Shown here one piece after another: positions 9,756-18,233 of a stretch of 64,000 nucleotides of DNA (position 1 is the stretch's first letter; each line of letters starts with the position of its first letter). Source of the DNA: an uncultured Candidatus Binatia bacterium. GTDB taxonomy: Bacteria > Desulfobacterota > Binatia > UBA9968 > JAJDTQ01. The notes beneath the pieces were generated by a model. It was not told the origin of the DNA. It saw only the letters and a list, made by a program, of their open reading frames with translations, and did no database searches. The DNA is taken from assembly GCA_965242525.1 (NCBI GenBank), contig OZ251459.1, positions 2,208,001 through 2,272,000 of the forward strand, in the 5' to 3' direction. Both the position numbers and the translations under genes were made by a program.

Positions 9756-10217
9756 TCAGCGCGGGCGCGCTGGAAATCCGGTCTCGTCTTGACAGGGAAG
9801 GGCAACCCGGTGCTTTTGGCAGACGTCATAGAAGTCCCTCGGATTGAAAGTCAACATCGCTGAAATAGAGACGTTGGTATCTTCGACGATCGCGCGGAGT
9901 ACGGCGTCAACGAGGCTGAAGGGACGTTGTGAAGCTGTTTCCATAGCGGTTCGATATGACCTGTCCCGATAGGGGGAGTCGTCGAGCAGTACCGTATCCG
10001 GACGAACCACGATTGCGCCGAAGCGGGCCAGGACTCCAGGCATCTTGACGAACCTCGTGTTCATCGTCTCGTAGAGAACCGGCCAAGGCAAGACGATGGG
10101 CCATTGTTCCAGCAAGTCTTGCTTGCGCTTCGCCGCCGAGTGATGTTCGTCTCTTTCCGTATAGAGCGCGAAGAAGTAGCCGGTATCCACCAGCAGTCCA
10201 TGATTGGCCACGATCAC
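9756..10217 (-). CDS. PIN-domain (VapC-like) ribonuclease
   Basis: LLVDTGYFFAL, VLYET, FSLVDAVL, LTFNPRDF; GTGA overlap with the upstream gene. Confidence 0.85.
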   Translation of the reverse strand: MIVANHGLLVDTGYFFALYTERDEHHSAAKRKQDLLEQWPIVLPWPVLYETMNTRFVKMPGVLARFGAIVVRPDTVLLDDSPYRDRSYRTAMETASQRPFSLVDAVLRAIVEDTNVSISAMLTFNPRDFYDVCQKHRVALPCQDETGFPARPR

Positions 10218-10531
10218 TCCATGTCTTCTTCGGGATCACCGTGGTCGCCAAATCCTTCCCAAGGAGCGCCCTTCCTGCGACCGACGATATAACCTCCACG
10301 GATCTTTCCATCGTCCTTCCCGATGACGTAGATCCTCGACCGCTTGTCGAGCGCGACCGCGCCGCTAATGTCGCTCTTCAGGGACTCCTTCAGGTCCCCT
10401 TCATGCGAATACGTCAGGAATGCCACGCTGGAACCACACTCCTTCGCGCCGAGGTTGTCGAGCCACGAATACATCCCTTCGTAGTCGCCGTTGACACCAA
10501 GGTCATAGGACAGCCAGATTACGCTTTTCAT
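10214..10531 (-). CDS. Small hypothetical protein with a Cas2/VapD-like N-terminal 'WLSYDL' motif
   Basis: MKSVIWLSYDLGVNGDYEGMYSWLD..., acidic tail; the open frame extends up to 10582. Confidence 0.7.
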   Translation of the reverse strand: MKSVIWLSYDLGVNGDYEGMYSWLDNLGAKECGSSVAFLTYSHEGDLKESLKSDISGAVALDKRSRIYVIGKDDGKIRGGYIVGRRKGAPWEGFGDHGDPEEDME

Positions 10532-10568
10532 ATCCCTGCTCCAATCCGCGACCAAATCGTACACGCCG

Positions 10569-10817
10569 CTAATACACGGCATGCGAGAACCAACCCAGGT
10601 CCACTACGGCGAACGACACCTGCTGCACGGAGAACAGCTTGTCGTCGTACAGTGCCCGAGCGGCTACGTGGGCGTCGCGCAACGTGTCGTAGAACCCGAC
10701 ACACTCACCGTGCCTCATCAATGCCCAGCGATTGGCCTCCCGGGATATCAAGTCCGGGAGCATCTTCTGGAAGGCTTCGAAGTTGGCGTCCACTTCCGCC
10801 TGTAATTTTTCGTGCAT
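10569..10817 (-). CDS. DUF5678-like small protein
   Basis: NFEAFQKMLPDL..RWALMRHGECVGFYDTLRDA..FSVQQV pattern; AGGAGG SD. Confidence 0.65.
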   Translation of the reverse strand: MHEKLQAEVDANFEAFQKMLPDLISREANRWALMRHGECVGFYDTLRDAHVAARALYDDKLFSVQQVSFAVVDLGWFSHAVY

Positions 10818-10832
10818 TGTCTCCCTCCTGTG

Positions 10833-11780
10833 TCATTCGACCGGACTTGGACCGGGACTCGCTGCATCATCGTACTTTACGCCGGTTTCGAGAAGCACCA
10901 GTTGTTCCACTGGTTCTTCAGGCGCTTCGTAAAGTGTCGCGTTGAAATTCATGAGCAGCGCCTCTATCATCGGGTTCCGATTGTCCTCCTTGGCGCCGAC
11001 ATGGTAGAAATGCCTCCTGGTCAGGAGCTGAAAATCCGACCACAGGCTGTCTATGAACCCGTTTTCTCGAAAATCGTTGCTGTGCCATGTTGACAGGATG
11101 AACCTGCATGGCGCAGAGGACAACAAGGCAGCCATCTCTCTTTCGTATCTCTCGTCCCAGCCATTGAAGTAGTCGGAGTGACGCGCAATGTACGGAGGGT
11201 CGCAGTAGATCAAATCTCCATACTTGGCAGCGCCAATCGTATCAGAAAAATCCTGACAGGCAAACTCGTAGTCTCCAAGGCTGAGTATGTCCGAAACCGT
11301 CTGGACCTGATTGGAGATCTTCGTGATGTACGCCTGGGAAAAACGCCCGGGCTTACGACAGAACGGAACATTGAAATTGCCATCATGGTTGAAACGGATC
11401 AGTCCATTGAAACATGCTCGATTCAAGAACAGAAAGTCCATCGGGTCGTGGTAACGATTGAACCGGTCGCGCATCGTGTAGTAGTGCTGCCCTCCGGAAC
11501 GCAAAAGCGCAGACCCTTCCTTCTCGAGGAATCTGCGTATTGAAGTTGAAGTGATCTTCTTCTCCACGATTGCAGTATAGAAATTGACAATATGGGGGTT
11601 CGAGTCCGCCAGAACCGCCCGCTTGGGACGGATGTTGAACGCAACGACTCCGGATCCCATGAAAGGCTCGATCCATCTCCCATCGAAATCGGACGGGACC
11701 ACCGCCCGAATCCAGGGTACGAGCTTCGTCTTGATACCCTGGCACTTGATCGGCGGAACCACGGTCCGGTATGCGCTCAT
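10833..11780 (-). CDS. DNA adenine N6-methyltransferase, D12/Dam class, M.EcoRV-like
   Basis: VPPIKCQGIKTKLVP, EPFMGSG (motif I), FLFLNRACFNG, YCDPPY (motif IV), HFYHVGA; closely resembles M.EcoRV as recalled. Confidence 0.92.
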   Translation of the reverse strand: MSAYRTVVPPIKCQGIKTKLVPWIRAVVPSDFDGRWIEPFMGSGVVAFNIRPKRAVLADSNPHIVNFYTAIVEKKITSTSIRRFLEKEGSALLRSGGQHYYTMRDRFNRYHDPMDFLFLNRACFNGLIRFNHDGNFNVPFCRKPGRFSQAYITKISNQVQTVSDILSLGDYEFACQDFSDTIGAAKYGDLIYCDPPYIARHSDYFNGWDERYEREMAALLSSAPCRFILSTWHSNDFRENGFIDSLWSDFQLLTRRHFYHVGAKEDNRNPMIEALLMNFNATLYEAPEEPVEQLVLLETGVKYDDAASPGPSPVE

Positions 11781-11859
11781 TCGAGGTCGTTCCTCGGGAC
11801 GATGAGAAAACCGTCGCTGCCGCGATCCCGGGCTACACTTCCTCTCGAACCGGCACTCC

Positions 11860-12090
11860 CTACGCCCCCTGCGAAACGTAGGCCCGCGCGCACTCCTCGC
11901 TGCAGAAATAGTGGCCCTTCGACTGGTAGGCCTCGTTCCTGGGGACGTAGCTCTTGCAGTGAGGGTCGAGGACCATGCTTTCCCCGCGGGACGAGTCCGC
12001 GGCGCCGCCTTTTCGTCCTCTCAGGCTCGAATAGACCACCACCAGCAGGAGATAGACGAGCAGGGCCAGTATGAGCAGCTTGAGGATCAT
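11860..12090 (-). CDS. Small membrane-anchored TRASH/YHS-like (PP0621-like) protein
   Basis: N-terminal TM helix, MVLDPHCKSYVP...YFCSEEC. Confidence 0.75.
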   Translation of the reverse strand: MILKLLILALLVYLLLVVVYSSLRGRKGGAADSSRGESMVLDPHCKSYVPRNEAYQSKGHYFCSEECARAYVSQGA

Positions 12091-12122
12091 GTTACGTCAC
12101 CGCCGCGGACGACCGCCGCAAC

Positions 12123-12626
12123 TCATGCGCCTCGCAGGGGGGATCCCTCATGGACCCGCCTGCCGTCTTCCACCCGGGCCAGCAGGTCCCGCACATCCAG
12201 GCCCAGCCGCGGGTGCTTCCAGTCCGGCGCCACCTCGCACAGGGGGACGAGCACGAACCGGCGCCGGTGCAGCTCCGGGTGGGGAAGGATCAACTCGGGT
12301 CCTTCCAGGATCATATCATCGAAGGAGAGAATGTCCAGATCGATGATCCGGTCGGCCCAGCGCACCGGGGCGGGCCGGCGTCCCATCTTTCTCTCGACCT
12401 GTTGGCAGTGCTTCAGGAGGTCCTGCGGTCCCAGGCCCGTTTCGACCCCGAGGACGCCGTTCACGTACCACTCCGACGCCGGACCCCAGGGTTCCGTGAC
12501 GTACAGGGCCGAGACCTCCCGCACCCGGGTCTCCGGGAGCCCACCGACCTCCCTTGCGGCGCGGCGGCAGTTTTCCTCTTTCTCCCCCTGGTTCGACCCG
12601 ACCCCGATGTAGGCGCGATGCGGCAC
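12123..12626 (-). CDS. folK: 2-amino-4-hydroxy-6-hydroxymethyldihydropteridine diphosphokinase
   Basis: AYIGVGSNQG, RIIDLDIL, LPHPELHRRRFVLVPL; GTG start at 12626 inferred. Confidence 0.93.
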   Translation of the reverse strand: MPHRAYIGVGSNQGEKEENCRRAAREVGGLPETRVREVSALYVTEPWGPASEWYVNGVLGVETGLGPQDLLKHCQQVERKMGRRPAPVRWADRIIDLDILSFDDMILEGPELILPHPELHRRRFVLVPLCEVAPDWKHPRLGLDVRDLLARVEDGRRVHEGSPLRGA

Positions 12627-12631
12627 GGACC

Positions 12632-13795
12632 CTAGAGGCTCACGCGCTGGACCCTTTCCACCGCCTCCTGCAGACGGTCCGCGGGGGAGCACAGCGTGAG
12701 CCGGACGAAGCCCTCCCCGGGTTCGCCGAAGCCGTTGCCGGGGGTGGTCACGATGCCGGCCTCGTCCAGGAGCCGGGCGGTGAAGTCGGCCGAAGTCCAT
12801 CCCCGGGGCACGGGAAGCCACACGTAGAACGTCGCCCGGGGCGCCGGAAGCTCGAAGCCCGCCCCGCGGAAACCGTCCACCAACGTGTCCCGCCTCTCCT
12901 GATAGACTTCGCGGATGGGCGCGAGGAACTCTTCCGCGTGCTCCAGGGCGAGTATGCCCGCCTCCTGCACCGGCTGGAACACCCCGGAGTCCACGTTGGA
13001 CTTCACCCGCCCCAGCGTTCCCACGAGATCCGGGTTGCCCACCGCCATGCCGATGCGCCAGCCGGTCATGTTGAAGGTCTTGGACAGGGAATGGAACTCG
13101 ATGGCGACTTCCTTCGCGCCCTCCACCTGCAACAGGCTCGGGGGGCGGTATCCGTCGAAGCCGACCTCCGTGTATGCGGCGTCATGGCACAGGATGATCC
13201 GGTTGCGACGGGCAAACTCCACAGCTTCCCGGAAGAAACCCTCGTCCGTGACCGCGCCGGTGGGGTTGTTGGGGTAGTTGAGCCACAGCATCTTCGCGCG
13301 CCCGAGCACGTCCGGGGGGATGCTCGAAAGGTCCGGCAGGAACCCGTTCTCGCGCCGGAGCGGCAGGAAGAAGACCTCGCCGCCGTTGAACCGGGCGCCG
13401 ATCTCGTACACCGGATAGGAAGGCGTGGGCACGAGGACCACGTCCCCGGGGTCCACGTAGGCCACCGCCATGTTGGCCACGCCTTCCTTGGACCCGATGA
13501 GCGAGACCACCTCCGAAGCGGCGTCCAGCGTGACGCCGAAGCGCCGCCCGTACCAGTCGGCCACCGCTTGGCGGAACTCCATCATCCCCGCGCTGCTCGG
13601 ATAACGGTGGTTGACCGGCTTCGCCGCGGCCTGCGAAAGCGCCTGGATGATCCTTCCGGGCGTGGGAATGTCCGGGTCCCCGATCCCCAGGTCGATCAGA
13701 TCGACCCCTTTCTCCAGGGCCGCGCGCTTCTTGCGGTCGATCTCCGCGAACAGGTACGGCGGCAACTCACGGATGCGTCGTGCCGGGTGGAACAT
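12632..13795 (-). CDS. dapL: LL-diaminopimelate aminotransferase
   Basis: LPPYLFAEID, DLGIGDPD, LIGSKEG, NYPNNPTG, HDAAYTE, SLSKTFNMTGWRIG. Confidence 0.88.
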   Translation of the reverse strand: MFHPARRIRELPPYLFAEIDRKKRAALEKGVDLIDLGIGDPDIPTPGRIIQALSQAAAKPVNHRYPSSAGMMEFRQAVADWYGRRFGVTLDAASEVVSLIGSKEGVANMAVAYVDPGDVVLVPTPSYPVYEIGARFNGGEVFFLPLRRENGFLPDLSSIPPDVLGRAKMLWLNYPNNPTGAVTDEGFFREAVEFARRNRIILCHDAAYTEVGFDGYRPPSLLQVEGAKEVAIEFHSLSKTFNMTGWRIGMAVGNPDLVGTLGRVKSNVDSGVFQPVQEAGILALEHAEEFLAPIREVYQERRDTLVDGFRGAGFELPAPRATFYVWLPVPRGWTSADFTARLLDEAGIVTTPGNGFGEPGEGFVRLTLCSPADRLQEAVERVQRVSL

Positions 13796-13798
13796 CGC

Positions 13799-14353
13799 TC
13801 AGAACTCGCTTTCTTTGGTTAATCCGAACTTCAAGCCTCCACTCGCGTCGCCCATCTCCCGGCGCTTGGACGCTCGCCCGCTCCTGCGGATCGCCTCCGC
13901 GATGGGACCTAACCGCGACGGCCCCGAGAACATGTCCTCGTCCACCATTCTCTTTATGTCCCCGACACTCATGGATGCAATGAACTCGAAGATCCTCGGC
14001 ATCGCGCTTGTACGCGACTTGGAAGCCGGCTCCTCGATACCGTAAATCTGGCAGAAATTCCTGATGTCTCCGAAATTCGGTAGAAATGTCTTCTTCTGAA
14101 AGCGCCTGCCCAACTCGACCAACGCCGCCTTCTTGGTGTTTTCCACGTCCATCCTGTCGATATAGTCAAGGGCTGTGGGCTTTGCCTTGCTTCTCCCGGT
14201 TTTCGGTTTACCCCGTTCCCCGGAACCCTCGGGGCCGACGACGCTCGCCGTGACGTTGGACGTTCGTATTTCTTCCAGAGAGCGAAAGACCCTGTCGATG
14301 CCGTAAGCGCGCACCATCGACGAGAGCTCGGACTTGAGATTCCTCTCATTCAT
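13799..14353 (-). CDS. Hypothetical protein translationally coupled to the ParA-like gene
   Basis: ATG 14353 overlaps the ParA TGA (ATGA); MNERNLKSELSSMVRAYG...FLPNFGDIRNF. Confidence 0.7.
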   Translation of the reverse strand: MNERNLKSELSSMVRAYGIDRVFRSLEEIRTSNVTASVVGPEGSGERGKPKTGRSKAKPTALDYIDRMDVENTKKAALVELGRRFQKKTFLPNFGDIRNFCQIYGIEEPASKSRTSAMPRIFEFIASMSVGDIKRMVDEDMFSGPSRLGPIAEAIRRSGRASKRREMGDASGGLKFGLTKESEF

Positions 14354-15225
14354 GTCGTTCTGTCCGCTTGAATCCCGAGGCTCTCGAAGAACTCCGCTGC
14401 GAAGCGCGTGAATCGCCAAGCATTTCCCGTGGATTCGAAGTCCCCGCGCATCATCTTCGGGAATCCCCGAGAGAACGGCAACTGATTTTTGAATATGCGC
14501 CATTCGTTGGCCGATGCCTCTTTCTCTATCTCGTTCATGGAACGTGTCCGTTCTGGCCCTCCCCTGTTTCCGCTGTAGTGGTATGAGGAGTTGTTGATGA
14601 CCACCCCTACCACGTCTATCTTATGGCCTCTATTGTGCCGTTTGAAATCGGCAAGGGAATCCCGCAGGAGCGGGAACCCAATAGTGGCAAAGAACTCCGG
14701 ACGAACGGGCACCAGGACGTAACGGGATGCCTGGTATGCAATGCGTGTCAGGATCGACTCGGTAGGAGCGCAGTCGATGATTATGATGTCTTTCTCTTGA
14801 AAGTCTGTCGCGATGACGTCTGCCAAGGTCCCTTCGCCAGCATGATGGGTTGCACCCAGGAGGTTGTCGGAAAAATCGAACCTCGAAGGGATCAAATCCA
14901 GCTTCGCACCACCTAGCCGGGTGCCTCCAACCACAACGTCCTCAAGGTTGAGACGGCTCGGACCCGCCTTCTTGTTGCTCGGTGGCCTATGTCCTCTGAA
15001 CACCTCGACGATAGATGGTCTCTTGTCGATCAGGAACCGCTTGTAGCTGTCGCCCATGAGCGCCTGTGACAAGTTTGCCTGCGGGTCGAGGTCTATGGCC
15101 AGCACATCCAGACGGAGATGGGTGGACGCATAGCGACCGAGAAGGGCCGCAACGGTGGTCTTGCCTACCCCGCCTTTGAGGTTGATGACCGATATGCAGA
15201 CCGGACCGCGAGTCGCCACCTTCAA
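14350..15225 (-). CDS. ParA/Soj-family ATPase (orphan)
   Basis: NLKGGVGKTT deviant Walker A, IDLDPQANLS, IIIDCAPT. Confidence 0.9.
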   Translation of the reverse strand: MKVATRGPVCISVINLKGGVGKTTVAALLGRYASTHLRLDVLAIDLDPQANLSQALMGDSYKRFLIDKRPSIVEVFRGHRPPSNKKAGPSRLNLEDVVVGGTRLGGAKLDLIPSRFDFSDNLLGATHHAGEGTLADVIATDFQEKDIIIIDCAPTESILTRIAYQASRYVLVPVRPEFFATIGFPLLRDSLADFKRHNRGHKIDVVGVVINNSSYHYSGNRGGPERTRSMNEIEKEASANEWRIFKNQLPFSRGFPKMMRGDFESTGNAWRFTRFAAEFFESLGIQADRTT

Positions 15226-15539
15226 CCCCCAACCGATTCAACTGAGCGAGCGCGGAACGCGGGCCGCCGCGGGCGACGGCCGCAAGGGACAGCGCCAAAG
15301 TAATGGACCGTAACACGGACAGGAAACGCAATCAACTTTGGGCCTGCGCCGTCTCCAAGCGGGCCGTCTGAAGGCGGCGTAAAGCACCGAACGGCTTGCG
15401 TTTCCAGCCTGACCCGACCGTCCCCCATCCCGTACCGCCATCGTTTCTTTCCGTAGTGAACCCTTGGCTTTGGAGCGGCTATCGGGTACGGTCCGTGAAC
15501 GCACGGTACCCATGGAAACCCCCGACGGAGAAAGCACCC

Positions 15540-16052
15540 ATGCCGTTCCCGATCGTGGTTGACGGCTACAACGTCATTGGCAGCGAACAGGGGTTGCGCG
15601 GCGACCTGGAGCAGAGGCGGGCCGAGCTCATCGAGGAGATCGCGCGGTACCAGGCGCGCACCGGCCATGTCCTGACGACGGTCTTCGACGGCTGGCGCAA
15701 CGGACGCCGGGACGAGACCACGCAACAGGTGGGGAACGTCACCGTGGTGTTCTCCCGCTACGGGGAGAAGGCCGACGCGGTGATCGAGCGCCTGGCCCGG
15801 GAGATGGGTTCCGCGTGCGTGGTGGTGACTTCGGACCGGGACTTGCGCCGGAGCGTGGAATCGGGCGGTGCGACGGCCGTGTACGTGGGACAGTTCATCG
15901 AGAAGATGCGGACGGACCCGGCGGCCGACCCATCCTGGACCGACGAGGAACCCGAACCGCCCCCCAGACGAACCGGCGACCGGAAGAAAGGCAATCCCGA
16001 AAAGCTCTCCAAGGCGGAGCGCAAGCGCCGCGAAGTCCTCAAGAAGCTCTGA
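15540..16052 (+). CDS. NYN-domain (YacP-like) ribonuclease
   Basis: IVVDGYNVI, VFDG, EKADAVIE, VVTSDR. Confidence 0.88.
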   Translation: MPFPIVVDGYNVIGSEQGLRGDLEQRRAELIEEIARYQARTGHVLTTVFDGWRNGRRDETTQQVGNVTVVFSRYGEKADAVIERLAREMGSACVVVTSDRDLRRSVESGGATAVYVGQFIEKMRTDPAADPSWTDEEPEPPPRRTGDRKKGNPEKLSKAERKRREVLKKL

Positions 16053-16102
16053 CCGGGCCAAGCCCTGACCGGCCGCCCCCCGCCAACGCCCCCCGCTTCA
16101 GG

Positions 16103-16855
16103 TCAGTTTTCGGAGAACGTCAGGCCGGCGGCTTCGACATCCAGCTCCCGCGCCATGAAGTCCACCACCAGCGGCCACGACAGCTTGGCCGCGTGGGGAT
16201 GGTACCCCTCGGTGCCCGGGTCCACGAAGCCGTGGCCGCCGAAGGGGAAGAAATGCCACTCCAGGCTCTGCCCGTTGGCGAGGAAGCTCTCCCACACCCG
16301 TTGCTGGATGGGCACGGTGGATATGCGGTCATCGACCCCGTACAGGATGATGGACGGGCAGCGGATGTTGCGCGCGGCGTCGCAGGGATGCACGGGCCGC
16401 AGTTCCGTGGCGGGCTCGTCGCGGACCGTGGGGTAGTAGCCCACGAAGGCCCGGACCTCGTGCGTGGCCGCAACGAAGTGGATGGCGATGCGCCCGCCCA
16501 TGCAGTAGCCAGACACCGCCACGCGGCCGGGGTCCACGTCGCTCCGGGAAGTGAGGTAGTCCCAGCCCTGTCGGATCACGCGGACGAAGTCGGCGTCCCT
16601 GGTGCGAGCCTGGATCTGGCGGCCCGTGTGGATGTGGGTCTCGGCCGGGTGGCCGAGCAACGAATACAGGTTCGGCGCCACCACCGTGTATCCGAGATGG
16701 GCGAACTTGAGCGCCTCGATCTTCTGGTAGTCCGTCAGCCCGGTGTTCTGGTGGGTCATGAGCAAGGCCGGACCCGGCCGGTCCCGCTCCGGATGAGCCA
16801 AGTAACCGTAGATCCCGTCCCTTTCGGGCGTGAGCACTCGTTCGTGGACTTTCAT
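16103..16855 (-). CDS. Dienelactone hydrolase family protein
   Basis: GYCMGG nucleophile motif, YGVDD, GHGF. Confidence 0.88.
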   Translation of the reverse strand: MKVHERVLTPERDGIYGYLAHPERDRPGPALLMTHQNTGLTDYQKIEALKFAHLGYTVVAPNLYSLLGHPAETHIHTGRQIQARTRDADFVRVIRQGWDYLTSRSDVDPGRVAVSGYCMGGRIAIHFVAATHEVRAFVGYYPTVRDEPATELRPVHPCDAARNIRCPSIILYGVDDRISTVPIQQRVWESFLANGQSLEWHFFPFGGHGFVDPGTEGYHPHAAKLSWPLVVDFMARELDVEAAGLTFSEN

Positions 16856-16891
16856 GCGGCGGACGACTCAGGGGACGATTTCGGGGAGTGG

Positions 16892-16968
16892 TGGTTGCGG
16901 GGGGTGGATTTGAACCACCGACCTCAAGGTTATGAGCCTTGCGAGCTACCGGGCTGCTCCACCCCGCA
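16892..16968 (-). tRNA. tRNA-Met(CAT), initiator (fMet) type
   Basis: TGCGGGGTGGAGCAGCCCGGTAGCTCGCAAGGCTCATAACCTTGAGGTCGGTGGTTCAAATCCACCCCCCGCAACCA; A11-U24 pair, encoded CCA. Confidence 0.95.
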
Positions 16969-16998
16969 GGATGTTTGTAGCCCGTCGTGGGGGCGCTG

Positions 16999-17529
16999 TC
17001 AACCCGTCCGGGAACGAAACCCCTTGGCGCCCGCCCCTTGCCGGGGGAACTTTTCCCGGAGCTGCGCGAGGACCACCTCCGGGACGAACGCGGCCACGTC
17101 GCCGCCCAACTCCGCCACCTCCTTGACCAGCCGCGAGCTGATGTAGAAAGAGGACTCCCCCGTCATCATGAAGAAAGTCTCCAGGTCGCGCTTGAGCCGC
17201 CGGTTCATGGTGGCCATCTGGAACTCGTACTCGAAGTCCGACACCGCCCGCAGCCCGCGGATGAACACCTTGGCGGACACCGTCTCCGCGTAGTCCACCA
17301 GCAGTCCCTCGAAGCTGTCCACGCGCACGCGCTCCTCGGACTCGAACACCCGTTGCACCGTGGCCATGCGCTCCTCCACCGTGAACAGGGCGCGGCCCTT
17401 GTCCTGGTTGCGCGCGATGGCGATGATCACCTGGTCGAAGATCCGCAGCGTCCGCCTCACCAAGTCCACGTGGCCGTTGGTGATGGGGTCGAAGGATCCG
17501 GGATAGACCGCTACGCTGATTTCCGCCAT
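16999..17529 (-). CDS. coaD: Pantetheine-phosphate adenylyltransferase
   Basis: YPGSFDPITNGH, IRGLRAVSDFEYE, ISSRLVKE. Confidence 0.97.
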   Translation of the reverse strand: MAEISVAVYPGSFDPITNGHVDLVRRTLRIFDQVIIAIARNQDKGRALFTVEERMATVQRVFESEERVRVDSFEGLLVDYAETVSAKVFIRGLRAVSDFEYEFQMATMNRRLKRDLETFFMMTGESSFYISSRLVKEVAELGGDVAAFVPEVVLAQLREKFPRQGAGAKGFRSRTG

Positions 17530-18101
17530 GTCGAAGAATCCTGTTCCCCGCGGCCGACCTCGAAGAAGGAAAGCGCCGTATCGCCGTACCGGCGCAGGTC
17601 CCGGCGCACCAGATCGCCGTACCGCTCCCCTACCGTTTCCCTCGCGCTGTGCTCGGCCACGGCAACGCCCTCCGCCCGCAGCGTCCGGTTCTCGCCGATC
17701 AGGGTCAACGCCTTGTCCGCCCAGCCCCGGTCGTAAGGCGGGTCGAGGAAGATCGCGTCATACGCCGCGCCCTCGTCGGACAGCCGCCGCAACGCCTTGC
17801 CCACCGGTTGCGGCCATACCCGCGCCCGGTCCGCGAAGCCCAGCGTCTCCAGGTTCCGGCGCATGAGCCTCGCAGCCTCCGCGGACTCGTCCACCAGCAG
17901 GGCCGACGCAGCCCCCCGGCTCAAGGCCTCCAGCGACAGGCTCCCGCTCCCGGCGAACAGGTCCAGCACCCGCATCCCCGCCAAGTCCCGCGGAAGGATG
18001 TCGAACAGCGCCTCCCTCACCCGGTCGGCCGTAGGCCGGATGGCATTCCCTCTGGGCGCCCGTATCCGCCTTCCCCGGGCGGCGCCGCCAATGATGCGCA
18101 T
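17511..18101 (-). CDS. rsmD: 16S rRNA m2G966 methyltransferase
   Basis: MRIIGG..RPTADRVREALF, LDLFAGSG, FLDPPY, RRYGDT. Confidence 0.93.
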   Translation of the reverse strand: MRIIGGAARGRRIRAPRGNAIRPTADRVREALFDILPRDLAGMRVLDLFAGSGSLSLEALSRGAASALLVDESAEAARLMRRNLETLGFADRARVWPQPVGKALRRLSDEGAAYDAIFLDPPYDRGWADKALTLIGENRTLRAEGVAVAEHSARETVGERYGDLVRRDLRRYGDTALSFFEVGRGEQDSSTWRKSA

Positions 18102-18233
18102 GGTCCATCCCGCCGTGCGTGAAGCCGGCTCGTTCCGCAACGGGACCTTCACACGGACGGACTCCAGGCTAACGTCCGTATTGGTCCGTCGGCGGTGACT
18201 CCTGGTTGTCCGGTTGCATCGCCCCCCACGGCG

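Noticed and set aside
15363-15372. GCCGTCTGAA (Neisseria DNA uptake sequence)
   Set aside because: Only one occurrence noticed; compatible with chance
16892-16968. tRNA as attachment site for the accessory genes to its left
   Set aside because: No integrase and no duplicated tRNA 3' end was found; core genes are interspersed
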